Under the pieces are notes generated by a model, which made no database searches, was not told the origin of the DNA, and saw nothing but the letters and a program-made list of their open reading frames with translations. Shown piece by piece: positions 50,866 through 63,405 of a stretch of DNA of 64,000 bases. Source of the stretch: Amoebidium appalachense (taxonomy: Eukaryota > Protista > Ichthyosporea). Every line of letters begins with the position of its first letter. Within the stretch, counting starts at the first letter, position 1. The position numbers and the translations under genes are program-made. Location of the stretch: the NCBI GenBank assembly GCA_963693365.1, contig CAVNZM010000010.1:7689794-7753793 (forward strand). Direction: 5' to 3'.

Positions 50866-52331
50866 GTCCCCATGCATAATATGGTCATAAGTGGAAATGA
50901 GAATAGAAACGAGAATACGGTTCCTTATCTTGTGCACCAGTGGTACGCTCATTGTCTTTTTCCCATTACAACACCATGGCCAAGGGACCGTAACAGCACG
51001 TCGTGGTACGTGGCATGGCAGGTACTCGATGGAGGAGGGGGGGAGGGGGGGAGGGGGGGGGGCATTGCGTCACCGTGTGCTGTTATTATATTTCATGGCT
51101 ATTGGGCGATAGGATGGGTGCGAGAGTGTAGGTTTTCTTTATTGTGGCATGGGATGAAAGGAGTGTGCTTGGTAGGAACGGGAAATAACTGAAAAAGAGC
51201 CTGTGCGTGGGGGCAATAGGGGCGGACAGGGGTTGCCAATGGGGGTTGTGTGTGTGTGTTGGGGGGGGGAGGGGGGGGGGGGGAGGGGGGGGGGGGGTAT
51301 GGCAGGCCCTGCAGGGGCACGGACCCATGATGTGACTGCAGCAACACATGCAACAATGATGGTCACCGGCCGTGTTCTTAGGACAAACCTGTTGCAAATC
51401 GATGGACAAAAGGGAGCCCTACGGATACATGCTGGAACTGAGATCTGACTCCATGCTGAAAGAGGCCACCTGCCCACATGAGGGGTGTGCATGTGTGCAT
51501 GGGTGTTTGTGTGTGTATTGGGGGCAGGCAGGCACAGGAGGACGAGAGTGGAGGGGGGGGGGAGGGGGGGGGGGGAGGGGGGGAAGGGGGGGGGGGGGAA
51601 GGGAGGGGGGAGGGGGAAGGGAGGGGGGAGGGAGAGGACCTGAGCCTGACATGCGCAGAAGAATGACAGGTCTAGCCTTTCATCCTGAAGCTCTAATGGT
51701 CGGCTCGTGTGAATGTTAGAGTAGCTATTATTGGACTCACCGGGCTTGGGACGTGTATGCATGTGCATGTGTGTAAATTCTTGGTAATGGAGGATTTGGC
51801 GGGGGGGGGAGGGGGGGGGGGGGGAAGGGGGGAGGGTCAAAGGTTATATTAATATCATGATATATATGATATATATATATATATAAATATATCATAAGGG
51901 GGGGGGGGGGGGGGGAGGAGGGGAGGGATGATCCGTCACTGGTATGCCCTCCTCTCCTGCATTCCCCAACTCTTCCCCCCTCCTTCGCGCACGCCTTTTT
52001 TGTGTTCTTTCCTTGCACTCTGGATATGTACGCCCTGCACAGCTGCTCTTGGTTAGGACTTCCGATTCCGGAGAGATTCAGAAGAAGGGCCAGACTCTGA
52101 AATTCCACGGGGAAGGTCGTATCAAACTAATTTAGGGAGTGTGCGAGTGTGCATGTGTGGGGCCAAGGAGGGGGGGGATTACCTAATAGGTTCGGGCTTA
52201 AATTTTCTTTACTCTGTTTCGGGTTGTTATCCAAAATTGGAGTTTGCATATGGATGTGTGAACGTTAACGGGCTAAAAGCACCTTGTGTGCTTGTGGTGG
52301 CGATGGTGAGTGGGTGGTGCAATGGTTGGCA

Positions 52332-52365
<34 letters not shown>

Positions 52366-52710
52366 GAAGGATATCGGAGTGGAACTAAACAAAATACCAC
52401 TGGTACTCAGGCTTTCGTTTTACATCATAATAGTAGATGGAATTGCTGAATGAGAGGCTGGGCTGGGCATATTACCTAGAAAAAACGACGGTTTTGGGTG
52501 CAGAAGAAATGAAAAGAAGCTTGACTAAATCGAACATGCCCAAGGGTGCGAATTTTTGTTTTGCTATTTTAAAACTTTGTTCAGCCCTTAGCACACGCGC
52601 CGTACATGTACGAGTTTGAGGGAGATCAAGGGCCGAATTAGGGCTGTTAGAGGGGCTTTCCGGCTATTTTTTTTTTCTTTCTTTTTTTTTTTTTTTTTTT
52701 TTTTTTTGCG

Positions 52711-52751
<41 letters not shown>

Positions 52752-53251
52752 CTTGCGAAAGAGGGATCCGGGCACGAGGTGAGACGCGTGAGGATAAGTA
52801 GGTGCACACCACGACTGCAAAAAAGAGATGTGCGAATTCTTGCAGCTGTGACTAAATAGCCTGGTTCCGTCGTTTGTTGTACAATATATTGTCCAAGCTG
52901 TGAAGATTTGGATTTTCTTTTTTACCTAATTCATAAGCAGGTGATTGAATTTTGCACGGTGCCACGTTCTGTGGTTAGCCCAAGGCTTCATCAAATCATC
53001 CTTTATTCACCAGTTTACATTTTTCACTCCGTGCACAACGTCCAGCGTGGCACTTTGTACATGAACAGCATGCATGGTTTCAAAATCTACTCTCCGTTGG
53101 TTTTGAAAGCACTAATAAAAAGGTCATTCGCATCTCGTTCGTTTTTTTCCTTCTGCTATGTGTTCATTCATACGCAATTACAGTTATCAGCGTGCACAAA
53201 AAAATACGCGATCTTTCAAACAATGTGATTTTCCGCACTCCACTCATGTTC

Positions 53252-54346
53252 TCAGGAAACCACTGCCGTAGATGTGGCAGCACCCATCGGGCCAGCCGCC
53301 TGTGCCCGTGCCGAGCACGACATTCTCCTAACCACTGTGTGCGTCTCAAACGCCTCCACCGCCACCCTGCTGCTTCTTCTTCTCTCAGCAGGTGCGTCAC
53401 AGGGGGCAGCCACGGCAGCGGTAGCAGACACTGTGTGTGTCTGTGTGTCTGCTGCCTGTGTGGTCTGTAGCGGGATGCTCATGCTGGGTTTGCGCAAATT
53501 GGCCACAATCCATCTGTGGCGAAGAACCTCGCCAGTTGTGGGGCGCAGGCATGGCCGGAAGTGAAACATGGACACAATGAGGTCGCGGCAGTCGGGTGAA
53601 ATGTGGCGTGGGGGCATGTAGGTGGTCCATTGCTCGTGGTAACGGTCAACGGAAAATGGCAGCCGCACTGTTAGCATCGAATGCAAAACACAGCCCAGAG
53701 ACCAAACCTCGCTGGCCGGCCCTGTGTATGGGTTACCCTCGTAAACACCGTAGACCTCTGGCGCTGCAAAAACGGGTGACCCTGTGGGGCTCCACAAAAA
53801 CTCGTTGTATGCGTTTCTGGAAATGTGTGCCAGCCCGAAGTCCCCTAGCTTAACACTGCCACGGCAAAGGAAAATGTTTGCGTTCTTTACGTCGCGGTTA
53901 ATCACACCATTTCTGTGGCTGAATTCGAGTGCAGATGCCAGCTGAGACACCCAGACGGCCGCCTGCCGCTCGCTAACCGCACCGTTTTTAACCAAAAAAT
54001 CGTGCAGGTTGCCGCCCTCGCAGTGCTCAAGCACCAGGTAAACATAGTCCAAGTCCTCGTGCACAGCATACAGCTGCACAATGTTGGGGTGGCCACGGCA
54101 CCTCCGCATGGCTTCTATCTCCGTGTCGAGCGTCTTGCGGTTGGACTTTGCCTTGCTCACGATTTTCACAGCCACCTGCACGCCTGTGGGTATGTATGTG
54201 GCCTGGCGCACTACAGAAAAACAACCTGTGCCCAGCTGCTTGCCCATGAGGTAGTCAGACATACAGGGTGGCGAGGCAGCGGCGGCAACAGCCTGACGGG
54301 CAGGCTGTCCCTCGCTTGTGCGTGTGTCTGCGTTGTTGAATGTCAT
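53252..54346 (-). CDS. Intronless Ser/Thr protein kinase, CAMK group (SNF1/AMPK/MARK-like)
   Basis: Motifs LGTGCFSVV, VAVKIV, (N)RDVKNANIF, KLGDFG, GSPVFAAPE, EVWSLG and RPT..EVLRHRW. The first ATG is at 54346 (MTFNNAD), downstream of a TATA box at ~54492-54499; the longer track ORF starts at a non-ATG codon upstream of the TATA. Confidence 0.9.
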   Translation of the reverse strand: MTFNNADTRTSEGQPARQAVAAAASPPCMSDYLMGKQLGTGCFSVVRQATYIPTGVQVAVKIVSKAKSNRKTLDTEIEAMRRCRGHPNIVQLYAVHEDLDYVYLVLEHCEGGNLHDFLVKNGAVSERQAAVWVSQLASALEFSHRNGVINRDVKNANIFLCRGSVKLGDFGLAHISRNAYNEFLWSPTGSPVFAAPEVYGVYEGNPYTGPASEVWSLGCVLHSMLTVRLPFSVDRYHEQWTTYMPPRHISPDCRDLIVSMFHFRPCLRPTTGEVLRHRWIVANLRKPSMSIPLQTTQAADTQTHTVSATAAVAAPCDAPAERRRSSRVAVEAFETHTVVRRMSCSARAQAAGPMGAATSTAVVS

Positions 54347-54479
54347 GATTGTGTTTTGTGTGGCTACGGATTGTTGTTTATGCCTCTCTATTAGTAGTGA
54401 ACTTGTCTTTTGAAAGAGCACTAAGATACTCTTGAAAGTTCTGCATGCATGGGTAAAACGAATTTGCGCTTGATTTGAC

Positions 54480-54660
54480 CAACTAAGTTTGTTTTTATAA
54501 GCGGTGAGGTGAGCCGGGCGACTGACGCACGAGGTCAACTCGGCAACAGCAGGACCATCACAGATCTAGACACAGAGGTGGCTATCTAGCCAATGAAAAG
54601 TGTTATCCATTTTAAAGCACGCTGATTGGGTTTTGAGATCTGTTAAGGAGCCAATCATGA
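54480..54660 (-). promoter_or_regulatory. Kinase promoter with TATA box and CCAAT boxes
   Basis: TTATAAAA on the minus strand at ~54492-54499; CCAAT/ATTGG at ~54590, 54625 and 54651; CAGATCTAG at ~54561. Confidence 0.5.
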
Positions 54661-54849
54661 TGAGTCTTGAGTAGAGCGCAGGGATCGAAATTTCCTATAA
54701 AAAAACGTTTGGGAATCCCCAAAACTTTTTTTCCCGGATTCCGAAAGAACCTCCATGGGATTTTGGCGGCGGCGGGGAGGCCTTAGAATTTTCCCAAAGC
54801 CTTCAAAGAACTTTCCTCGAAGTCACTTTAGCGAACCCGAAACCGTTTT

Positions 54850-54906
54850 GGGGTTTACGCTGTTTACTCGAGGCAAAGAGAGACCAGTCTCAGGTATGGG
54901 GGGTTT
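54850..54906. repeat. ~55-bp dispersed micro-element, full-length copy bounded by GGGGTTT at both ends
   Basis: Identical to 31156-31209; flanking sequences differ between the two copies. Confidence 0.8.
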
Positions 54907-56086
54907 GGACCCTATAATAACTCCCAAAGTTTCAAACAGAATTCGAACCCTGACCGAGCGATTTTTTTGCAATCTTGTCAGCTTAGAAAGAAGCCATCTG
55001 ATTGGCTTAGACGGTTACACCAGGGAAAGTAAACCAATTGTTTTCTGCGGCTGGGCGAGCGTCAAATCGTGAGTCACTCTGGGGTGTGCTCAAACAATTC
55101 GAAAAATAAAAAAAAACTAGGCTGGTGTGTAGTTAGAGATGGAACCACAAATTAACCCTTTTCCGCGGTGGAACCCCCTCCTAGTTAGCCACAGCGTGTT
55201 GAAGGAGGTTGAAGGTTAAAGCCACAGCGTGTTGACGCCAGCACGGTGTGATCTAATTTTTCTTTCTCTGCAACCCGAATCATCGGGGCATATTATATGT
55301 ATCATGGCAGCATGATGCGCACATGTTCTTTTCAACTGTTAAAGATCGGTCGACCTTCATAATGCTAACGCGTAGGGCGGCGGAGACCCTAATGTCATGC
55401 TTGCGCAAGTCGATTCTGCCAATCGCGCACTGCTGGCAGTGAGCAGTTGTTGCCGCAGGTCGACGTCTGGCGCCAGTTTGCTCATTGTGGGGGGGGGGTT
55501 TTTTTGCGCTGCAGACTGCGCGGCAAGGGACTGTACAGTATTTTCCGCAACTTATGCACTCACTTGATGTTGTCGTCCTGTGGATTTGAGGCGAAGCGGT
55601 TTAAATCTCATACTTTTCAGCTAATAGTGTTAGGATGCTAGAAGCTTGCAGGTTGAGGGCTGGGGAGCCGTTCAGGGCCACCCAAACTAATGTAGGTAAC
55701 ATCGAGCATACCGACTAGATCATTATGGAGCATACCGAGTAGAGCATTTGAGTAGAGTCCTGAGTTGTGTCCTTAGCAGCAGCACACGTTACAAACTACT
55801 GAGCCAAGCTCGACTCCCTAGTCAGATGCCGGTCGGTTACCATTCTCATTTTAGTAATCTCAGTCGCAGCCTATACATTACGGAAGTGGTTCTTTTTCTG
55901 ACACAATGATTCAAGGTAAGTGTCCCCCCCCCCCCCCCCCCCCCCACCTTCCTATATTCTTCAGCATTCCCTACCTCTGCTGCACACGCATCAGTAATTA
56001 CAGTCTCCCACCTTTCGACCAATCTTCTTCTATTGTTTTGAGCTACCTGGGCGTCTCCAAACCCCCCCCCCCCCCCCCCCCCCCCC

Positions 56087-56128
<42 letters not shown>

Positions 56129-56530
56129 TCCCCCCCCCCCCCCCTTCCCCCCCCCTCCCCCACCCCCCTCCCTCCCCCCCCCCACACCTACCCATCCACC
56201 CTTTTTTGTTAGTTTACTTGTTGCTTTATAATTCTTTTTGTCAACTGTTGGGATCACTCACATCGGTCAAAGAAATTCCTTCGAATGTCCAACTCCATGT
56301 GCAAACCACGTGCTTTTGCTCTGTAACCATTGTATCATGGCTCAATCGAGTTGCATCAACATTTTACAGCCACGAACCATCCCCGTCCCCCCCCCCCCCC
56401 CCCCCCCCCCCTTCCCCCCCTCCCCCCACACACACACACACCTCCCCATTCCCATCTTTTCCATCCTCCCCGGCCCTCTCCATGCACTGAGCAAAGATTG
56501 TGGAACTCATTTTCCTTTAGGCTATGCGTG

Positions 56531-56715
<185 letters not shown>

Positions 56716-57182
56716 ATCCCTCTCTCTCTCTCTTTCTCTCTTTCTCTTTCTCTCTCTCCCTCACACACACTCTCTCTCCCCCCGCCCTCCCCTCCCTCCC
56801 CCCCCCCCCCCCCCCGCCTTTCCTTCCTTCTCCCTCCCCCCCCCCTCTCTGCCCCCCCTTCCTCCCTCCTCCCCCCGGTACCCCGCCCTCCCTCCTTTCC
56901 TCTCTTCTCCCCCCCCCCCCCTCCCCCGCATCTCCCTCACTCCCTCCCTCCCTACCCCCCTCCCACCCTCTCCCTCTCCCTCCCTCTCTCCCTCCGTCCG
57001 TCCGTCCGTCCGTCACTCCCTCCCTCCCTCCCTCCCTCCCCCCTTTCCAACCTCCCTCCCCCTCCCCTCCCCCCACTCCCTCCCTCCCTCTCTCCCTACC
57101 CCTCCGCTCTCCCTCACCCTCCCTCTCTCCCTCCCTCCCTCCCCTCCCCCTCCCCCCACACACATCTTCACCGTTTTGCTCA

Positions 57183-57463
57183 CCTTGCTTGCATAAGCAA
57201 CCCTGCTCGTCTTTGAACAAGACTTGTTGACCCTCCCAACTTCAGTTAATGCTGCTGTCTGAGTTGGAGAGTCGTATATACGCGGGCTAAGGGGTCGAAA
57301 CTCAGACACAATTGATGACTTGGGCCCTCCCTGAGGATGGGCTCTGCTTATGACGCATACTGTGCGCATGGCTGATGTTGCATACTTGAATGTTTGCCTT
57401 TGCATGTGTCCTGTACCATGCTTCTCATCGTGTATGCGTACTTCGTACCGTGTTCCGCAATAA
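57183..57463 (+). mobile_element. Copy B of the poly(C)-ended element, including the structured RNA segment
   Basis: Shares GCATAAGCA.CCCTGCTCGTCT, GGTCGAAACTC, CCCTGAGGATGGGCTCTGCTTAT and GTACTTCGTAC with copy A; ends CGCAATAA+poly(C). Confidence 0.7.
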
Positions 57464-57494
57464 CCCCCCCCCCCCCCCCCCCCCCCCCTCTTCT

Positions 57495-57534
57495 GTCTCT
57501 CTCTGTGCCTCGAGTAAACAGGGTAACCCCCCCC
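57495..57534. repeat. Diverged inverted copy of the micro-element, just downstream of element copy B
   Basis: TCTCTCTGTGCCTCGAGTAAACAGGGTAACCCC versus consensus TCTCTCTTTGCCTCGAGTAAACAGCGTAAACCCC. Confidence 0.65.
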
Positions 57535-57777
57535 TTTCTCTCTCTCTCTGTATATCATATGTATTTCACACACACACACTCTCTCTCTCACTCTCTCTCT
57601 CTCTCTAGATCTCTCTCTGTCTCTCTCTCACTCTCCCCCCAACCCCCCCCTCCCCTCTTTCTCATTCACTCAGCACCGTCAGCTCTCACATGCACACACG
57701 GTTGCTTCCCCCCCTCTTTTTCTCCCTTCTCGTCCCCCCTCTCCCTCCCGAGTCCCCCCCTCCCTCCCCTCCCCCCC

Positions 57778-57808
<31 letters not shown>

Positions 57809-58586
57809 ACCCGGGCTGCCGTCTCTCTTCACCGTGCTCTCCCCCCCTCCTTCATTCCTCCTCCTTTCTCTCTCTCTCTTCCCCCCCTCCGCCCCTCCTC
57901 CCCTTCTCTTCACACTCATGACACACATACACACACAAACACACACACACACTCTCTCTCTATTTCCCTCCCCCCCCCTTCACTCCCTTTCTCTCCCTCC
58001 CTCTCTCCCTTCGTCTCACTCACTCACCACCCTCTCTTCCAAGCACACACGGCCTTTCTCAACCTCTTCCCTACTTCTTTCCCCCCTTCCCCCCCCCCCC
58101 CCCCCCCCCCCCCCTGCCCCTCCCTCCCAGAATCAAACTTCCTACACTTTCTGAACATCTTCCCAACACAACTCGACACCACACACACCCTTCCTGCCCA
58201 CATTTCTGGCTCTGCAATCCCTTGAGCTATCCTTCCTGCTGTACTCTCACGGTGGTCTCTTAATTCTGGGTCACCAGGTTTTGGTTTGTCTTCGATTGCA
58301 ATCCACCTTGTTAGTGTTGTGTTCCTTTATGAAACACTCGTTTAACAGCCGCCCCCCCCCCCCCCCCCCCCCGGGCCCCTTCCTCCCATGTTCAGGTCTT
58401 GAAGCAGTGTTGAAGCAGTGTTTGAGTTGGATTTCGTCGACGAGGTGAATGGGTGTCTCGGTATGTGTGGATGCTGTGTGTGTGTGTATGTGTGTGTATG
58501 TGTGTGTGTGTGTGTGTATGAGTTTGAGTTTGTTCCCTTTTCCGTATCTTCCGATCCCCCCCCCCCCCCCCCCCACCAAAAAAAAA

Positions 58587-58618
<32 letters not shown>

Positions 58619-58643
58619 AAAGAAAAGAAAAGGAAAGAACACA

Positions 58644-58724
<81 letters not shown>

Positions 58725-59002
58725 CTACAGACTTATAAAGCTACTTCTTTTGAAGTCCCTTTCTGGTCCTCGGCTGTGTCTTTCGACACAGAAACGCCTA
58801 TCTACAAAGAAATTCGAATTATTCCTTCTCGTGGCAGTGTTTACCGTACTGGCATGTGTAGTGTGTATGCCCTGTGATGTTGTGCATGCACGTGCACGAA
58901 CACACCGGGCACACAACACAATTGCCACTCGCGTGCACCATTATGACATGTTTACCAATACTCAACCACCCACGTATATCATGACACCACACCACACCAT
59001 GG

Positions 59003-59050
<48 letters not shown>

Positions 59051-59277
59051 CCACAGAAACAAAATATACCTACAGACCTGCACTTTAACATGCACGTGCA
59101 CCTGTACACAGTCTAAACTGGAAAAGCAAAAAAACGTCGGCTATTTGATCATCGGCTTTGCCACAATGCGCGTCCCCACCGCCCCCACGGCACCTCTTAC
59201 ACACTTACATGTGCACAAGTCGTTACACAGCCCACTGAGCCCAGGCCCTGAGGGGATGGGCAACCATCATGCTCGCT

Positions 59278-59314
<37 letters not shown>

Positions 59315-60427
59315 TCCCCCCCCCTCCTCCGCCGCCCGCCCGCCACACAACAACTACCACCACCACCACCCATAAATGAGGTATATTCTTTGTGTGAAGT
59401 TGCAATCTGCATTTATTTGTCCGGATCACAAATGTGTACTTCATACCTCCGGCTGTAACTCTTTCTACCCCCTCCCTGTTATTTTGTGTGGGTAAACGGA
59501 GAAGCAGAGAGCACAGATGGGTGTTATGATATACACAACACAGAGACACACGGGAAAAACACAACCGGAGAGGTGGAACGATTTCTGGAAAAATCGGAAA
59601 ATGCTTTCTGGAACCATAGGGAGTGAATACGACTGCTTATGATTTATTTCAAGATGAGGTCCCTTTTATACTTGGGAATGTGAAACGATAAACCAATCAA
59701 AAGAACGAAAACTATGAGTGTAAAATATATCGAATAAAATGTCTGTCGACACATAGAATATAAAACTCAATCCTCTAATGAAAGAAACTTCTAATAAAAG
59801 CACGGAAACATTTAATAAAATGAAACCACTTACTTAACTATTAATTCATAACATATATTTATACATGTTCTTATCATAACACGTCTAAATATAATTATTC
59901 CTAATAGTTGAAGAACATAGCACAATACTACGTCGTGGGAAAGGAATGAGAAAGGAATGTAAGTTACTATATTTGGGAAAATACAAACGAGATATGATTG
60001 GATGACATATATAGATTTTGACGCAAACGACAATACGTGTGCGCGAGCTAAGTATGTCGATACGTACACAGATCTAAGATGTCGTGTACACGGAAACGGA
60101 AAAGAAAGAAAGAAATGAAGAAAGGAAAAGGAAACAAACTACAACAACTATTAAATAAATACAAAACTCAACTTCTAAGTCTTGCTGAGAATCAAGTGAA
60201 GATGACACTCCCCCCCCCTCCCCCTCCCTAACGTACACCAAACGTTAACCTCCCAACACACACAAACTCCCACACCCACCCACCCACACTCTCCCATACT
60301 GCCACACATCTTAGAATGCGTTACCACACACACTTACGCATACGGACACAAGCGTGTGTGCCCGTCACGCACCCACACGGGGACACACGCGTGCCCACAG
60401 AACCCATGCACACACACACGCACACAC

Positions 60428-60531
<104 letters not shown>

Positions 60532-61223
60532 GTACACAGGTAAACGTGTGTATGTGCGTGCTGTGTGTGTATGTGTTGATGCCACACAGTTATGATACGT
60601 TCGTGCATATTCGTGTGTGAATGTGTGTGTGTGGGTACCGAGTCCGAGCTTCAAGAGTGGGTGTGTGGATGCGCGGGGAGCAGTTACGGGTGCAGGTGTC
60701 TCATTAGACCTGCATACCGTACGGCGTTCGTGCGCGCTACTTTATGCGTACCTCGCACGTGTGACGTACAGGCAAAGGGAGAAAGATGTTTTCCCTTTAG
60801 CCAGTAGTACTGCTCGGAGGCTGACAAAGCCCTTGCACCCAACTGTTTGCGTGCTAACGGGATAAACATCACCCATCTTTCATGCATCACGCTACTACAC
60901 ATGCCCTTGGCAACCTACTAGGTTCGGGCAGAACCGTCGGCGAGAAATAGCTAGCCTGGCTAACTAGAGGGTGAACGTGTTTATGAGTATGTGTGGCTTT
61001 TCCTCTCCTTGCACAAACATCGTTAGCGATTCATCCCCTCGAGCATCACATGTTCCTTTGTTTCTAGTTTTTTTTAGGAAAAGAGAACCTTGAAGTGTGC
61101 AGGACCGCTGATGTTCAACAAGGGTCATCAGCAGGCCGTAATCGAACAAGGGGGTTGAAAAAAGAAAGAAAGAAAGAAAGAAAAACCTCGTAAAAGGGCA
61201 GGCCAGGTCGCCACCTTTGCCAC

Positions 61224-62249
61224 GGCCTTCTGAACGAATGGGGCATATGTTTCAAACGGATGATCGACCGTCGGGTGGAGAGTGCAGGCAGGTGTCTTCG
61301 GTTATTTCGGGATGTGTATCTTGCTTCTCTTTCTCATACTGTCCACCTATACAATCGTCTTAGTATATTTCGCACATATATTCGCCCTTTGTCGGAATAC
61401 GGGTTGCCCTTACTAGCTATGGCACCCCCTGATACTGTTACTAATGTCCTCAAATCATTAGATGATTTCCATTACACAACTTGTTGTATGTTTCTCACTG
61501 GTCTTTCCACACCTATCCCTAGACGCCTTTTTGATTCTCTCTACGCACTCACACCACCATCACAACGCGTACACGAATTAGCCCTTAAATTTCACGAGCA
61601 CATCACCCGCCTGTCCGCTTGTGCCCCGGACCACCCGCTCTTCCGGCTACACGCATCCCCGCCGGATTCGCCCCTGTACCTCTTCCCTTCCCCATCGTCT
61701 CTGCCCATTGCCGAGCGCTATGTGGAATGGCTGGCGACCCCCCCGGAGGTACGGCTAGATCATAGTGTGAATATGAATAGTTTCAAGTCTATGGCTGATA
61801 GATATCTTTTTACTCTACGTGTTGAGTCCCTTCCGGTGTTAGGACCGCACAAACACCAACTACTAGTAGCCTATATGGCGGATACGGTTAGAGAGTCTCG
61901 TTCATACATAGATTCGTTTATTCGTAATGTGGTGTGGTGTAAAAACGCAAAGATGATTATGGCTTGGCGGTGTAATCGGTTTCTGGTGTCTCCTGCTCGT
62001 ATGTGTAATATGTGTGGGGGGCGGTTTACTCGCGGCTGCATATCTATCAATAAATGCAACCTGTTAGCTAATGTATTAGAACCGGAGGTTATTGGCGGTT
62101 TTATTCTCTTTTCTTCATCTCTTCCTCAATATATCCGTTTTAAGATGACTATCCTAGATCACCTTATTAATGCTGCACAGTATGATATTGTGATCCGGTG
62201 CCTTAACTTTCTGTCGGAGCTACCGATGCTAGCATCTGCTTACCCATAA
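61224..62249 (+). mobile_element. 5'-truncated non-LTR retrotransposon: RT thumb and C-terminal Cys-rich region
   Basis: Intronless ORF with RLSIFRTYIRPLSEYGL (the post-YLG RP.lEYG motif of non-LTR RTs), a C-terminal CNMC..C knuckle and LDHLIN. The catalytic YADD and upstream domains are absent. Confidence 0.75.
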
Positions 62250-63405
62250 TATGTAATAGGGGTGTCAGATCCTACGATGGCGCTCATTGTTGCCTAGCAT
62301 GTACATATGTCACTGGCTGCATTTGATTGGCTGTGCTGGAAAACGCAGTAGGCCGTCGAATGTGGCTGGGCCTCCGGCAATGTCCACGCAATAAAAAGTG
62401 TGTAAACCCCTGAACACTCCTCCGGAACACAGAGGGCCTTGCCCTTGCGCTCCCTTGCGCTGCGCAAAAGTTGCCGCATGACACTGCGTGACACATAGCA
62501 AATTGTGGCAGATTATTTTGTCGCATTGGATTGGTGTATTATTCATTTCATGTGTCAATTCAATCCGAGATAGCATTATAAAGGTCGACAGATCTTTAAC
62601 GTTGTGATGACGTCGGCGTCAACGTAGACATGGCACAAGTAAGGGTATCTGATTGATGTAAGACTATCAGTACTTAACGTAGACCAATTTGTGTCATCAC
62701 ACAGTCACTGAATTGTGTCCAGCGCGTATGTACATGCACATAAATATTTAGGCAGGCAAAGTGGCCATGGCCATGGGTGGATGTGCGTGTCAAGTGTGCA
62801 GGGGTATACGTAGTAGCGTGTGTCATGCGGCGTTTGCAGTGCCGTCGCGGCGTCGCGTACAACGGTACAGCCTGATCCAGAAGGGTAACCACACGGTCAT
62901 CGTTCGTAGTGATCATGATCTCCAAGTGCACGTGTGTATATGAAGGTTTAGGCCTGAAGTGTATGTGTGTGTGTGTGTGCGCGTATGAATTGTTTGTACG
63001 ATGTTCCCGTCTTCCCAACTTTACACACTGTGAGGGGGTTCCTCTTGCCAACTTGCCGCAGGCCGTAGGCCCTGGCGCCACACGGTTCTGGGGGGGTGCG
63101 GCATGCCAGGAGCTACTACTAGAGAGAAGGGGGGGGTATGATTGGAGGGGGGGGTGTTCAGCTAACCTTATATGGATAAAGCAAAGTTACAAGGATTCAA
63201 GCCATTGGTTGGGCAAGACCCCTTTTGCCGAATATGGATAACAGATCATACACTGCTGTCCCGGGCCAATTGGCGCGCTCTTTACTGGTCACAACCAGTC
63301 CGCGAAGGCCATGAGCAGCATTGCCGAGCACACTGGAATACGGGAATGTTTGCGGTAACGTAGTCGCACTAGGGGGGCAGGGGGCCAGGCCCCAAGTGTT
63401 TAAAA

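Noticed and set aside
54347-54538. N-terminal extension of the kinase in the ORF track
   Set aside because: It starts at a non-ATG codon and spans the TATA box, so it is likely promoter and 5' UTR.
54850-54906. Spliced-leader RNA gene (resembles nematode SL2 start, has CAG|GTATG)
   Set aside because: No shared downstream intron part or Sm site between copies, and one copy is a TSD-flanked stub. Not fully excluded without mRNA 5' data.
57228-57297. HDV-like ribozyme (GGCTAA followed by a P2-like strand)
   Set aside because: No P1 or P1.1 strand between the P3-like and P4-like parts, and copy A has U at the would-be catalytic C.
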